Assembly: GCF_988243305.1 (NCBI RefSeq)
Contig: NZ_OZ547136.1
Reading direction: 5' to 3' (one strand)
DNA length: 64,000 nt
The translations under genes and the position numbers were made by a program. Under the pieces are notes generated by a model. That model worked only from the letters and a program-made list of their open reading frames with translations, was not told the DNA's origin and did no database searches. Shown in pieces: positions 31,877 through 48,662 of this stretch; the first letter of the stretch is position 1; the number at the start of each line of letters is the position of its first letter.

Positions 31877-33763
31877 ATGTCTTTTAGCGAATTTTATCAG
31901 CGTTCGATTAACGAACCGGAGCAGTTCTGGGCCGAGCAGGCCCGGCGTATTGACTGGCAGACGCCCTTTACGCAAACGCTCGATCACAGCAATCCGCCGT
32001 TTGCCCGTTGGTTTTGTGAAGGCCGAACCAACTTGTGTCACAACGCTATCGACCGCTGGCTGGAGAAACAGCCAGAGGCGCTGGCGCTGATTGCCGTCTC
32101 TTCGGAAACAGAAGAAGAGCGCACCTTTACCTTTCGTCAGCTGCATGACGAAGTGAACGCGGTGGCCTCAATGTTGCGTTCATTGGGCGTGCAGCGTGGC
32201 GATCGGGTGCTGGTGTATATGCCGATGATTGCCGAAGCGCATATTACTCTGCTGGCCTGCGCGCGCATTGGCGCTATTCACTCGGTGGTGTTTGGTGGAT
32301 TTGCCTCGCACAGCGTGGCGGCGCGAATTGATGATGCTAAACCGGTGCTAATTGTCTCGGCTGATGCCGGAGCGCGCGGTGGCAAAATCATTCCCTATAA
32401 AAAATTACTCGACGATGCGATAAGTCAGGCGCAGCACCAGCCACGCCATGTTTTGCTGGTGGATCGCGGGCTGGCGAAAATGGCACGCGTCAGCGGGCGG
32501 GATGTCGATTTCGCGTCGTTGCGCCATCAACACATCGGCGCGCGGGTACCGGTGGCGTGGCTGGAATCCAACGAAACCTCCTGCATTCTCTACACTTCCG
32601 GCACGACCGGCAAACCTAAAGGCGTGCAGCGTGACGTCGGCGGATATGCGGTGGCGCTGGCGACCTCGATGGACACTATTTTTGGCGGCAAAGCGGGCGG
32701 TGTGTTCTTTTGTGCTTCGGATATCGGCTGGGTGGTGGGGCATTCGTATATCGTCTACGCGCCGCTGCTGGCGGGGATGGCGACTATCGTTTACGAAGGA
32801 TTGCCGACCTGGCCGGACTGCGGCGTGTGGTGGAAAATCGTCGAGAAATATCAGGTGAGCCGAATGTTCTCAGCGCCAACCGCCATTCGCGTGCTGAAAA
32901 AATTCCCTACCGCCGAAATTCGCAAACACGATCTCTCGTCGCTGGAAGTGCTCTATCTGGCGGGGGAGCCGCTGGACGAGCCGACCGCCAGTTGGGTGAG
33001 CAATACGCTGGATGTGCCGGTCATCGACAACTACTGGCAGACCGAATCCGGCTGGCCGATTATGGCGATTGCTCGCGGTCTGGACGACAGGCCGACGCGT
33101 CTGGGAAGCCCCGGCGTGCCGATGTATGGCTATAACGTGCAGTTGCTTAATGAAGTCACCGGCGAACCGTGTGGCGTCAACGAGAAAGGGATGCTGGTGG
33201 TGGAAGGGCCGCTGCCGCCGGGGTGTATTCAGACCATCTGGGGCGACGACGACCGCTTTGTGAAGACGTACTGGTCGCTGTTTTCCCGCCCGGTGTACGC
33301 CACCTTTGACTGGGGCATCCGTGACGCTGACGGTTATCACTTTATTCTCGGGCGCACTGACGATGTAATTAACGTTGCCGGGCATCGGCTGGGGACGCGC
33401 GAGATTGAAGAGAGTATCTCCAGTCATCCGGGCGTTGCCGAAGTGGCGGTGGTTGGGGTGAAAGATGCGCTGAAAGGGCAGGTGGCGGTGGCGTTTGTCA
33501 TTCCGAAAGAGAGCGACAGTCTGGAAGACCGAGACGTGGCGCACTCGCAAGAGAAGGCGATTATGGCGCTGGTGGACAGCCAGATTGGCAACTTTGGTCG
33601 CCCGGCGCACGTCTGGTTTGTCTCGCAATTGCCGAAAACGCGATCCGGAAAAATGCTGCGCCGCACGATCCAGGCAATTTGCGAAGGACGCGATCCTGGG
33701 GATCTGACGACCATTGATGATCCTGCGTCATTGGATCAGATCCGCCAGGCGATGGAAGAGTAA
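31877..33763 (+). CDS. prpE: propionyl-CoA synthetase
   Basis: 628-aa ORF with acyl-CoA synthetase motifs (YTSGTTGKPKG). Confidence 0.95.
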   Translation: MSFSEFYQRSINEPEQFWAEQARRIDWQTPFTQTLDHSNPPFARWFCEGRTNLCHNAIDRWLEKQPEALALIAVSSETEEERTFTFRQLHDEVNAVASMLRSLGVQRGDRVLVYMPMIAEAHITLLACARIGAIHSVVFGGFASHSVAARIDDAKPVLIVSADAGARGGKIIPYKKLLDDAISQAQHQPRHVLLVDRGLAKMARVSGRDVDFASLRHQHIGARVPVAWLESNETSCILYTSGTTGKPKGVQRDVGGYAVALATSMDTIFGGKAGGVFFCASDIGWVVGHSYIVYAPLLAGMATIVYEGLPTWPDCGVWWKIVEKYQVSRMFSAPTAIRVLKKFPTAEIRKHDLSSLEVLYLAGEPLDEPTASWVSNTLDVPVIDNYWQTESGWPIMAIARGLDDRPTRLGSPGVPMYGYNVQLLNEVTGEPCGVNEKGMLVVEGPLPPGCIQTIWGDDDRFVKTYWSLFSRPVYATFDWGIRDADGYHFILGRTDDVINVAGHRLGTREIEESISSHPGVAEVAVVGVKDALKGQVAVAFVIPKESDSLEDRDVAHSQEKAIMALVDSQIGNFGRPAHVWFVSQLPKTRSGKMLRRTIQAICEGRDPGDLTTIDDPASLDQIRQAMEE

Positions 33764-33768
33764 GGTAT

Positions 33769-35065
<1,297 letters not shown>

Positions 35066-35066
35066 C

Positions 35067-35125
<59 letters not shown>

Positions 35126-35202
35126 CCACTACCCACTGTTTTTACACCGATAATTTTTCCCCCACCTTTTTGCACTCATTCATATAAAAAATATATTTCC
35201 CC

Positions 35203-35216
35203 ACGAAAACGATTGC
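35203..35216. promoter_or_regulatory. putative PurR operator in the codBA promoter
   Basis: acgaaaacgattgc resembles the PurR box ACGCAAACGTTTGC, about 70 nt upstream of the codB GTG. Confidence 0.55.
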
Positions 35217-35284
35217 TTTTTATCTTCAGATGAATAGAATGCGGCGGATTTTTTGGGTTTCAAACAGCAAAAAGGGGGAATTTC

Positions 35285-36544
35285 GTGTCGCAAGATAACA
35301 ACTTTAGCCAGGGGCCAGTCCCGCAGTCGGCGCGGAAAGGGGTATTGGCATTGACGTTCGTCATGCTGGGATTAACCTTCTTTTCCGCCAGTATGTGGAC
35401 CGGCGGCACTCTCGGAACCGGTCTTAGCTATCATGATTTCTTCCTCGCAGTCCTCATCGGTAATCTTCTCCTCGGTATTTACACTTCATTTCTTGGTTAC
35501 ATTGGCGCAAAAACCGGCCTGACCACTCATCTTCTTGCTCGCTTCTCTTTTGGTGTTAAAGGCTCATGGCTGCCTTCACTGCTGCTGGGCGGCACCCAGG
35601 TTGGCTGGTTTGGCGTTGGCGTGGCGATGTTTGCCATTCCGGTGGGCAAGGCAACTGGGCTGGATATTAATTTGCTGATTGCCGTTTCCGGTTTACTGAT
35701 GACCGTCACCGTCTTCTTTGGCATTTCGGCGCTAACGGTTCTTTCGGTGATTGCAGTTCCGGCTATCGCCTGTCTTGGCGGTTATTCCGTGTGGTTGGCC
35801 GTTAACGGCATGGGCGGCCTGGACGCATTAAAAGCGGTCGTTCCCGCACAACCGTTAGATTTCAATGTCGCGCTGGCGCTGGTTGTGGGGTCATTTATCA
35901 GTGCGGGCACGCTCACCGCTGACTTTGTCCGGTTTGGTCGTAATGCCAAACTGGCGGTGCTAGTGGCGATGGTGGCCTTTTTCCTCGGCAACTCGTTGAT
36001 GTTTATTTTCGGTGCAGCGGGCGCGGCGGCACTGGGGATGGCGGATATCTCTGATGTGATGATTGCTCAGGGTCTGCTGCTGCCTGCGATTGTGGTGCTG
36101 GGGCTGAATATCTGGACCACCAACGATAACGCACTTTATGCGTCGGGTTTAGGTTTCGCCAACATTACCGGTATGTCGAGTAAAACCCTTTCGGTGATTA
36201 ACGGTATTATCGGTACGGTCTGCGCATTATGGTTGTATAACAATTTTGTCGGCTGGCTGACCTTCCTTTCGGCAGCTATTCCTCCGGTAGGGGGCGTGAT
36301 CATCGCTGACTATCTGATGAACCGTCGCCGCTATGAGCACTTTGCGACCACGCGTATGATGAGTGTCAATTGGGTGGCGATTCTGGCGGTCGCCTTGGGG
36401 ATTGCCGCAGGCCACTGGTTACCGGGAATTGTTCCGGTCAACGCGGTATTAGGTGGCGCGCTGAGCTATCTGATCCTTAACCCGATTTTGAATCGCAAAA
36501 CGACGGCTGCAATGACGCATGTGGAGGCTAACAGTGTCGAATAA
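35285..36544 (+). CDS. codB: cytosine permease
   Basis: 419-aa multi-TM ORF, GTG start; synteny. Confidence 0.95.
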   Translation: MSQDNNFSQGPVPQSARKGVLALTFVMLGLTFFSASMWTGGTLGTGLSYHDFFLAVLIGNLLLGIYTSFLGYIGAKTGLTTHLLARFSFGVKGSWLPSLLLGGTQVGWFGVGVAMFAIPVGKATGLDINLLIAVSGLLMTVTVFFGISALTVLSVIAVPAIACLGGYSVWLAVNGMGGLDALKAVVPAQPLDFNVALALVVGSFISAGTLTADFVRFGRNAKLAVLVAMVAFFLGNSLMFIFGAAGAAALGMADISDVMIAQGLLLPAIVVLGLNIWTTNDNALYASGLGFANITGMSSKTLSVINGIIGTVCALWLYNNFVGWLTFLSAAIPPVGGVIIADYLMNRRRYEHFATTRMMSVNWVAILAVALGIAAGHWLPGIVPVNAVLGGALSYLILNPILNRKTTAAMTHVEANSVE

Positions 36545-37817
36545 CGCTTTACAGACAATTATTAACGCCCGGTTACCCGGCAAAGAGGGGCTGTGGCAGA
36601 TTCATCTGCTGGACGGAAAAATCAGCGCCATTGATGCGCAATCCGGGGTGATGCCCATAACTGAAAACAGCCTGGATGCCGAACAAGGTTTAGTTATACC
36701 GCCGTTTGTGGAGCCACATATTCACCTGGACACCACGCAAACCGCCGGACAACCGAACTGGAATCAGTCCGGCACGCTGTTTGAAGGCATTGAACGCTGG
36801 GCCGAGCGCAAAGCGTTATTAACCCATGACGATGTGAAACAACGCGCCTGGCAAACGCTGAAATGGCAGATTGCCAACGGCATTCAGCATGTGCGTACCC
36901 ATGTCGATGTTTCGGATGCAACGCTGACTGCGCTGAAAGCAATGCTGGAAGTGAAGCAGGAAGTCGCGCCGTGGATTGATCTGCAAATCGTCGCCTTCCC
37001 GCAGGAAGGGATTTTGTCGTATCCCAACGGTGAAGCGTTGCTGGAAGAGGCGTTACGCTTAGGGGCAGACGTAGTGGGGGCGATTCCGCATTTTGAATTT
37101 ACCCGCGAATACGGCGTGGAGTCGCTGCATAAAACCTTCGCCCTGGCGCAAAAATACGACCGTCTCATCGACGTTCACTGTGATGAGATCGATGACGAGC
37201 AGTCGCGCTTTGTCGAAACCGTTGCTGCCCTGGCGCACCGTGAAGGAATGGGCGCGCGAGTCACCGCTAGCCACACTACGGCAATGCACTCCTATAACGG
37301 GGCGTATACCTCACGCTTGTTCCGTTTGCTGAAAATGTCCGGTATTAACTTTGTCGCCAACCCGCTGGTCAATATTCATCTGCAAGGACGTTTCGATACG
37401 TATCCAAAACGTCGCGGCATCACGCGCGTTAAAGAGATGCTGGAGTCCGGCATTAACGTCTGCTTTGGTCACGATGATGTCTTCGATCCGTGGTATCCAC
37501 TGGGAACGGCGAATATGCTGCAAGTGCTGCATATGGGGCTGCATGTTTGTCAGTTGATGGGCTACGGGCAGATTAACGACGGCCTGAATTTAATCACCCA
37601 CCATAGCGCCAGGACGTTGAATTTGCAGGATTACGGCATTGCCGCCGGAAACAGCGCCAACCTGATTATCCTGCCGGCTGAAAATGGGTTTGATGCGCTG
37701 CGCCGTCAGGTTCCGGTGCGCTATTCGGTACGTGGCGGTAAGGTGATTGCCAGCACCCAACCAGCACAAACCACCGTATATCTGGAGCAGCCAGAAGCCA
37801 TCGATTACAAACGGTAA
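36534..37817 (+). CDS. codA: cytosine deaminase
   Basis: ORF 36519..37817; GTG at 36534 gives [16 protein letters not shown] (427 aa); overlaps codB by 11 nt; amidohydrolase HxH motif. Confidence 0.94.
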   Translation: MSNNALQTIINARLPGKEGLWQIHLLDGKISAIDAQSGVMPITENSLDAEQGLVIPPFVEPHIHLDTTQTAGQPNWNQSGTLFEGIERWAERKALLTHDDVKQRAWQTLKWQIANGIQHVRTHVDVSDATLTALKAMLEVKQEVAPWIDLQIVAFPQEGILSYPNGEALLEEALRLGADVVGAIPHFEFTREYGVESLHKTFALAQKYDRLIDVHCDEIDDEQSRFVETVAALAHREGMGARVTASHTTAMHSYNGAYTSRLFRLLKMSGINFVANPLVNIHLQGRFDTYPKRRGITRVKEMLESGINVCFGHDDVFDPWYPLGTANMLQVLHMGLHVCQLMGYGQINDGLNLITHHSARTLNLQDYGIAAGNSANLIILPAENGFDALRRQVPVRYSVRGGKVIASTQPAQTTVYLEQPEAIDYKR

Positions 37818-37835
37818 TTTCCTCTGCGTTGAAGA

Positions 37836-37857
37836 GCCACTGACCTGTGTCAGTGGC
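37836..37857. terminator. bidirectional hairpin between convergent codA and cynR
   Basis: gccactgac-ctgt-gtcagtggc perfect 9-bp stem. Confidence 0.55.
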
Positions 37858-38756
37858 TACCGTGATTCATGCCCGCCAACATCCGCACATTCTTCCAACG
37901 CCATGTGTAAAAATGCCTTCGCGGCGGCTGTCTGCCAGCTATTTTTCCGCCGCAATAAAACCGCCGTTCTCTCCAGTAACGGTGGGGCAAGGGATATAGC
38001 TTTAAGCCCGTCATGTTGTGTGGCAATCGCTGCTGGCAACAATGTGGAAAGGGAAGTGCGGCGAATCAGCTCCAGAACCGCGCTAATTGAGTTCGCCTCA
38101 ATGACCACCTGTGGATGTAGCCCCGCTTTCTCGCAGTAGTGGTCAATTTGCTCTCTGGTGGCAAATTCCGCGCTGAGCAGGACCAGTTTTTCATCATGCA
38201 AGCGACTCAACGCCACCTGTTCACAGGCAGCCAGCGGATGATGTTGCGCCACGACTAACGCTAAACTTTCTGTCAGTAAAGGAATTGCCTCCAGCTCCGG
38301 CGAATGCACAGGCGCGAAGGCAATCCCAACGTCCAACTCGTCGCGACAAAGCAGATCTTCGATTTTCTCCTGCGACATTTCCTGTAGCTGGAGCGTGATG
38401 CCGGGGTAGCGCGCATAGAAATCCGCCATTAAAGGGCCGATAAAGTAGCTTGTAAAGGTGGGAGTGACGGCGATACGCAGCGATCCTCGCGTCAGATCGG
38501 CAACATCATGAATCGCCCGTTTACCCGCCCCCAGTTCCTGTAACGCCCGGCTGGCGTACTGTCGCCAGACTTCTCCTGCATCAGTGAGACGAATCGTTCG
38601 CCCGCTACGGTCAAACAGCGGCACGCCTAAACTCTCCTCTAACTGGCGAATCTGCTGGGAAAGTGCTGGCTGGGAGACGTGCAACGCACTGGCTGCACGG
38701 GTGAAGCTGCCATGTTCAGCCACGGCAAGAAAATAATTGATATGTCGAGAGAGCAT
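37857..38756 (-). CDS. cynR: LysR-family activator of the cyn operon
   Basis: ORF 37857..38780; ATG at 38756 gives [22 protein letters not shown]. Confidence 0.93.
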   Translation of the reverse strand: MLSRHINYFLAVAEHGSFTRAASALHVSQPALSQQIRQLEESLGVPLFDRSGRTIRLTDAGEVWRQYASRALQELGAGKRAIHDVADLTRGSLRIAVTPTFTSYFIGPLMADFYARYPGITLQLQEMSQEKIEDLLCRDELDVGIAFAPVHSPELEAIPLLTESLALVVAQHHPLAACEQVALSRLHDEKLVLLSAEFATREQIDHYCEKAGLHPQVVIEANSISAVLELIRRTSLSTLLPAAIATQHDGLKAISLAPPLLERTAVLLRRKNSWQTAAAKAFLHMALEECADVGGHESR

Positions 38757-38865
38757 TCGCCAACCTATAAGTAAACCCAATAGAACTCATCATAAATGAG
38801 TCTTTTACCTTATGACAATCGGCGAGTAGTCTGCCTCTCATTCCAGAGACAGACAGAGGTTAACG

Positions 38866-39525
38866 GTGAAAGAGATTATTGATGGATTCCTTAAATTCCA
38901 GCGCGAGGCATTTCCGAAGCGGGAAGCCTTGTTTAAACAGCTGGCGACACAGCAAAGCCCGCGCACACTTTTTATCTCCTGCTCCGACAGCCGTCTGGTC
39001 CCTGAGCTGGTGACGCAACGTGAGCCTGGCGATCTGTTCGTTATTCGCAACGCGGGCAATATCGTCCCTTCCTACGGGCCGGAACCCGGTGGCGTTTCTG
39101 CTTCGGTGGAGTATGCCGTCGCTGCACTTCGGGTATCTGACATTGTGATTTGCGGTCATTCCAACTGTGGCGCAATGACCGCTATTGCCAGCTGCCAGTG
39201 CATGGACCATATGCCTGCCGTCTCTCACTGGCTGCGTTATGCCGATTCAGCCCGCGTCGTTAATGAGGCGCGCCCGCATCCCGATTTACCGTCAAAAGCT
39301 GCGGCGATGGTACGTGAAAACGTCATTGCTCAGTTGGCTAATTTGCAAACTCATCCATCGGTGCGCCTGGCGCTCGAAGAGGGGCGGATCGCCCTGCACG
39401 GCTGGGTCTACGACATTGAAAGCGGCAGCATCGCAGCTTTTGACGGCGCAACCCGCCAGTTTGTGCCACTGGCCGCTAATCCTCGCGTTTGTGCCATACC
39501 GCTACGCCAACCGACCGCAGCGTAA
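38866..39525 (+). CDS. cynT: beta-class carbonic anhydrase
   Basis: 219-aa ORF, GTG start; CSDSR and HSNCG zinc-ligand motifs. Confidence 0.94.
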   Translation: MKEIIDGFLKFQREAFPKREALFKQLATQQSPRTLFISCSDSRLVPELVTQREPGDLFVIRNAGNIVPSYGPEPGGVSASVEYAVAALRVSDIVICGHSNCGAMTAIASCQCMDHMPAVSHWLRYADSARVVNEARPHPDLPSKAAAMVRENVIAQLANLQTHPSVRLALEEGRIALHGWVYDIESGSIAAFDGATRQFVPLAANPRVCAIPLRQPTAA

Positions 39526-39537
39526 CCTTATTTTTAA

Positions 39538-40026
<489 letters not shown>

Positions 40027-40058
40027 CAACCATGCGCGACCATCAAAAGACGTTCACG

Positions 40059-41213
40059 ATGCTGCTGGTTCTGGTGCTGATTGGTCTTAATATGCGACCA
40101 CTGCTCACCTCCGTCGGACCACTGCTACCGCAATTGCGTCAGGCGAGTGGAATGAGCTTTAGCGTGGCAGCCCTGTTGACCGCTCTACCGGTGGTTACCA
40201 TGGGCGGGCTGGCGCTGGCCGGAAGCTGGCTTCATCAGCATGTCAGCGAACGTCGCAGCGTCGCCATCAGTTTGTTACTGATTGCCGTCGGTGCATTGAT
40301 GCGTGAGCTTTACCCCCAAAGTGCGCTGCTGCTTAGCAGCGCACTGCTTGGTGGAGTGGGGATCGGCATCATTCAGGCAGTGATGCCTTCGGTAATTAAG
40401 CGGCGGTTTCAGCACCGTACGCCACTGGTGATGGGGCTGTGGTCCGCGGCTCTGATGGGCGGCGGTGGACTTGGTGCCGCCATTACGCCCTGGTTAGTTC
40501 AACATAGCGAAACCTGGTATCAAACACTCGCCTGGTGGGCGCTGCCTGCCGTTGTTGCGCTCTTTGCCTGGTGGTGGCAAAGCGCCCGCGAGGTCGCCTC
40601 TTCTCACAAGACAACAACCACTCCGGTTCGCGTGGTATTTACTCCCCGCGCCTGGACGCTGGGTGTTTACTTCGGTCTGATTAACGGCGGTTACGCCAGC
40701 CTGATTGCCTGGTTACCCGCTTTCTATATTGAGATTGGTGCCAGCGCGCAGTACAGCGGTTCCTTGCTGGCATTGATGACGCTTGGGCAAGCAGCAGGGG
40801 CATTGCTGATGCCTGCTATGGCTCGCCATCAGGATCGGCGGAAACTTTTGATGCTGGCGCTGGCGTTACAACTGGTGGGGTTCTGCGGCTTTATCTGGCT
40901 GCCGCTGCAATTGCCGGTATTGTGGGCAATGGTGTGTGGATTAGGTCTGGGCGGCGCATTTCCGCTCTGTTTGCTGCTGGCGCTCGATCACTCTGCGCAA
41001 CCGGCTATTGCTGGCAAACTGGTGGCGTTTATGCAGGGGATCGGTTTTATCATCGCCGGGCTTGCTCCCTGGTTTTCTGGCGTGCTGCGTAGTATCAGTG
41101 GCAATTACTTGATGGACTGGGCGTTTCATGCGCTGTGCGTCGTTGGGCTGATGATCATAACCCTGCGTTTTGCACCAGCACGTTTTCCGCAGCTGTGGGT
41201 CAAAGAGGCATGA
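40059..41213 (+). CDS. cynX: MFS cyanate transporter
   Basis: ORF 40032..41213; ATG at 40059 gives MLLVLVLIGLNMRPL (384 aa). Confidence 0.9.
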   Translation: MLLVLVLIGLNMRPLLTSVGPLLPQLRQASGMSFSVAALLTALPVVTMGGLALAGSWLHQHVSERRSVAISLLLIAVGALMRELYPQSALLLSSALLGGVGIGIIQAVMPSVIKRRFQHRTPLVMGLWSAALMGGGGLGAAITPWLVQHSETWYQTLAWWALPAVVALFAWWWQSAREVASSHKTTTTPVRVVFTPRAWTLGVYFGLINGGYASLIAWLPAFYIEIGASAQYSGSLLALMTLGQAAGALLMPAMARHQDRRKLLMLALALQLVGFCGFIWLPLQLPVLWAMVCGLGLGGAFPLCLLLALDHSAQPAIAGKLVAFMQGIGFIIAGLAPWFSGVLRSISGNYLMDWAFHALCVVGLMIITLRFAPARFPQLWVKEA

Positions 41214-41254
41214 TGCGACGCTTGTTTCGCCAGATAATGGAAGAGTGAATTATT

Positions 41255-41283
41255 GTCGGATGTGCCCAATGGCGCATCCGACA
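41255..41283. repeat. REP-like palindrome between cynX and lacA
   Basis: tgtcggatgtgcccaatggcgcatccgaca, same REP type as downstream of prpE. Confidence 0.7.
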
Positions 41284-41300
41284 TTTATTTCAGTGCTTAT

Positions 41301-41912
41301 TTAAACTGAAGGCTCAACTTTATAATCTTTGTAATAATAGTGCTTATCCCGGTCGTTTATTTCGCGAATAACCCGACAAGGAACGCCAGCAGCCACGACG
41401 TTTGGTGGAATGTCTTTTGTGACGACACTACCCGCGCCAATAACAGAATTATCCCCGATGGTGACGCCTGGATTAATAACCACATGACTTCCGATCCAGA
41501 CGTTATTGCCAATCGTTATCGGAAAAGAGTACATCTCACCGTTTTTTCTTAATTCATGGTGTACCGGGTGTCCCGTAACGGAAAGAGTAACGTTGGGTGC
41601 AATCAGTACGTTGTCACCGATTGTTACCGTGTAGTCATCGACAATGGTTAAATTAAAATTTGCATAAAAATTGCGGCCTATATGGATGTTGGAACCGTAA
41701 GAGAAATAGACGGGAGGTTCTACCCAGGCGTTTTCCCCTACCGTGGCAAACATTTCTTTAAGCAGGCTTTCTCTTTTTTCAACTTCTGATGGATGCGAGT
41801 GATTAAACTCATACATTAACGTTTTCCCACGAAGTCTTTTTTCCGGTAAGCCTTCGCACATATCGGTAAATAGCTTGCCTGCTTTTATTCTTTCGGTCAT
41901 TGGCATGTTCAT
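41301..41912 (-). CDS. lacA: galactoside O-acetyltransferase (hexapeptide repeat)
   Basis: ORF 41301..41963; ATG at 41912 gives MNMPMTERI (203 aa). Confidence 0.94.
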   Translation of the reverse strand: MNMPMTERIKAGKLFTDMCEGLPEKRLRGKTLMYEFNHSHPSEVEKRESLLKEMFATVGENAWVEPPVYFSYGSNIHIGRNFYANFNLTIVDDYTVTIGDNVLIAPNVTLSVTGHPVHHELRKNGEMYSFPITIGNNVWIGSHVVINPGVTIGDNSVIGAGSVVTKDIPPNVVAAGVPCRVIREINDRDKHYYYKDYKVEPSV

Positions 41913-41977
41913 TGCGATCATTCCGTCCTGATATGTTGGTCGGATAAGGCGCTCGCGCCGCATCCGACATTGATTGC

Positions 41978-43276
<1,299 letters not shown>

Positions 43277-43282
43277 TTATTA

Positions 43283-46479
<3,197 letters not shown>

Positions 46480-47562
46480 TCACTGCCCGCTTTCGAGTCG
46501 GGAAATTTGTCGCGCCAGCTGCATTAAAGAATCTGCCAACGCCTGGGGAGAAGCGGTTTGCGTATTGGGCGGAAGGGTGGTTTTTCTTTTCACCAGTGAG
46601 ACGGGCAACAGCTGATTGCCCTTCACCGCCTGGCCCTGAGAGAGTTGCAGCAAGCGGTCCACGCTGGTTTGCCCCAGCAGGCGAAAATCCTGTTTGATGG
46701 TGGTTAACGGCGGGATATAACACGAGCTGTCTTCGGTATCGTCGTATCCCACTACCGAGATATCCGCACCAACGCGCAGCCCGGACTCGGTAATGGCGCG
46801 CATTGCGCCCAGCGCCATCTGATCGTTGGCAACCAGCATCGCAGTGGGAACGATGCCCTCATTCAGCATTTGCATGGTTTGTTGAAAACCGGACATGGCG
46901 CTCCAGTCGCCTTCCCGTTCCGCTATCGGCTGAATTTGATTGCGAGTGAGATATTTATGCCAGCCCGCCAGGCGCAGACGCGCCGAGACAGAACTTAATG
47001 GACCTGCTAACAGCGCGATTTGCTGGTGACCCAATGCGACCAGATGCTCCACGCCCAGTCGCGTACCGTCTTCATGGGAGAAAATAATACTGTTGATGGG
47101 TGTCTGGTCAGAGACATCAAGAAATAAAGCCGGAACATTAGTGCAGGCAGCTTCCACAGCAATGGCATCCTGGTCATCCAGCGGATAGTTAATGATCAGC
47201 CCACTGACGCGTTGCGCGAGAAGATTGTGCACCGCCGCTTTACAGGCTTCGACGCCGCTTCGTTCTACCATCGACACCACCACGCTGGCACCCAGTTGAT
47301 CGGCGCGAGATTTAATCGCCGCGACAATTTGCGACGGCGCGTGCAGGGCCAGACTGGAGGTGGCAACGCCAATCAGCAACGACTGTTTGCCCGCCAGTTG
47401 TTGTGCCACGCGGTTGGGAATGTAATTCAGCTCCGCCATCGCCGCTTCCACTTTTTCCCGCGTTTTCGCAGAAACGTGGCTGGCCTGGTTCACCACGCGG
47501 GAAACGGTCTGATAAGAGACACCGGCATACTCTGCGACATCGTATAGCGTTACTGGTTTCAC
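46480..47562 (-). CDS. lacI: lactose repressor
   Basis: ORF 46480..47571; GTG at 47562 gives VKPVTLYDVAEYAGVSYQTVSR (360 aa). Confidence 0.95.
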   Translation of the reverse strand: MKPVTLYDVAEYAGVSYQTVSRVVNQASHVSAKTREKVEAAMAELNYIPNRVAQQLAGKQSLLIGVATSSLALHAPSQIVAAIKSRADQLGASVVVSMVERSGVEACKAAVHNLLAQRVSGLIINYPLDDQDAIAVEAACTNVPALFLDVSDQTPINSIIFSHEDGTRLGVEHLVALGHQQIALLAGPLSSVSARLRLAGWHKYLTRNQIQPIAEREGDWSAMSGFQQTMQMLNEGIVPTAMLVANDQMALGAMRAITESGLRVGADISVVGYDDTEDSSCYIPPLTTIKQDFRLLGQTSVDRLLQLSQGQAVKGNQLLPVSLVKRKTTLPPNTQTASPQALADSLMQLARQISRLESGQ

Positions 47563-47638
47563 ATTCACCACCCTGAATTGACTCTCTTCCGGGCGCTATC
47601 ATGCCATACCACGAAAGGTTTTGCGCCATTCGATGGTG

Positions 47639-48472
47639 TCAACGTAAATGCACGCCGCTTCGCCGTCCGGCCACCAGAATAGCCTGCGATTCAACCCCTT
47701 CTTCGATCTGTTTTGCCACCCGTTGCAGCGCCGGAAGATGCTTTTCCGCTGCCTGTTCAATGGTCATTGCGCTCGCCATATACACCAGATTCAGACAGCC
47801 AATCACCCGTTGTTCACTGCGCAGCGGTACGGCAATAGAGGCGATCTTTTCTTCTTGATCCCAGCCGCGGTAGTTCTGTCCGTACCCCTCTTTGCGCGCC
47901 CGCGCCAGAATGGCTTCCAGTTTTAACGGTTCCCGTGCCAGTTGATAGTCATCACCGGGACGGGTGGCTAACATTTCGATTAATTCCTTGCGTTCTTGTT
48001 CCGGGCAAAAGGCCAGCCAGGTCAGGCCCGAGGCGGTTTTCAGGAGCGGTAAACGTCGCCCGACCATTGCCCGGTGAAAGGATAAGCGGCTGAAACGATG
48101 GGTGGTTTCGCGTACCACCATTGCATCAACATCCAGGGTGGACACATCTGTCGGCCATACCACTTCGCGCAACAGATCGCCCAGCAGTGGGGCCGCCAGT
48201 GCAGAAATCCACTGTTCGTCACGAAATCCTTCGCTTAATTGCCGCACTTTGATGGTCAGACGAAAACTATCATCGGAGGGACTACGCCGGACATATCCCT
48301 CTTCCTGCAGCGTCTCCAGCAGTCGCCGCACAGTGGTGCGATGCAGGCCGCTGAGCTCCGCCAACAGCCCGACGCTGGCACCGCCGTCAAGTTTATTTAA
48401 CATATTTAATAACATTAGACCGCGGGTTAAGCCGCGCACGGTTTTGTATTCCGTCTGCTCATTGTTCTGCAT
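47639..48472 (-). CDS. mhpR: IclR-family activator of the mhp operon
   Basis: ORF 47639..48586; ATG at 48472 gives MQNNEQTEYKTVRGL (277 aa). Confidence 0.9.
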   Translation of the reverse strand: MQNNEQTEYKTVRGLTRGLMLLNMLNKLDGGASVGLLAELSGLHRTTVRRLLETLQEEGYVRRSPSDDSFRLTIKVRQLSEGFRDEQWISALAAPLLGDLLREVVWPTDVSTLDVDAMVVRETTHRFSRLSFHRAMVGRRLPLLKTASGLTWLAFCPEQERKELIEMLATRPGDDYQLAREPLKLEAILARARKEGYGQNYRGWDQEEKIASIAVPLRSEQRVIGCLNLVYMASAMTIEQAAEKHLPALQRVAKQIEEGVESQAILVAGRRSGVHLR

Positions 48473-48662
48473 ATTAATTGACATTTCTATAGTTAAAACA
48501 ACGTTGTGCACCTGGTGCACATTCGGGCATGTTTTGATTGTAGCCGGAAACACCCTTCCTATACTGAGCGCACAATAAAAAATCATTTACATGTTTTTAA
48601 CAAAATAAGTTGCGCTGTACTGTGCGCGCAACGGCATTTTGTCCGAGTCGTGAGGTACTGAA
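48473..48662. promoter_or_regulatory. divergent mhpR / mhpA promoter region
   Basis: 190-bp intergenic spacer between divergent regulator and operon starts; sites not mapped. Confidence 0.5.
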
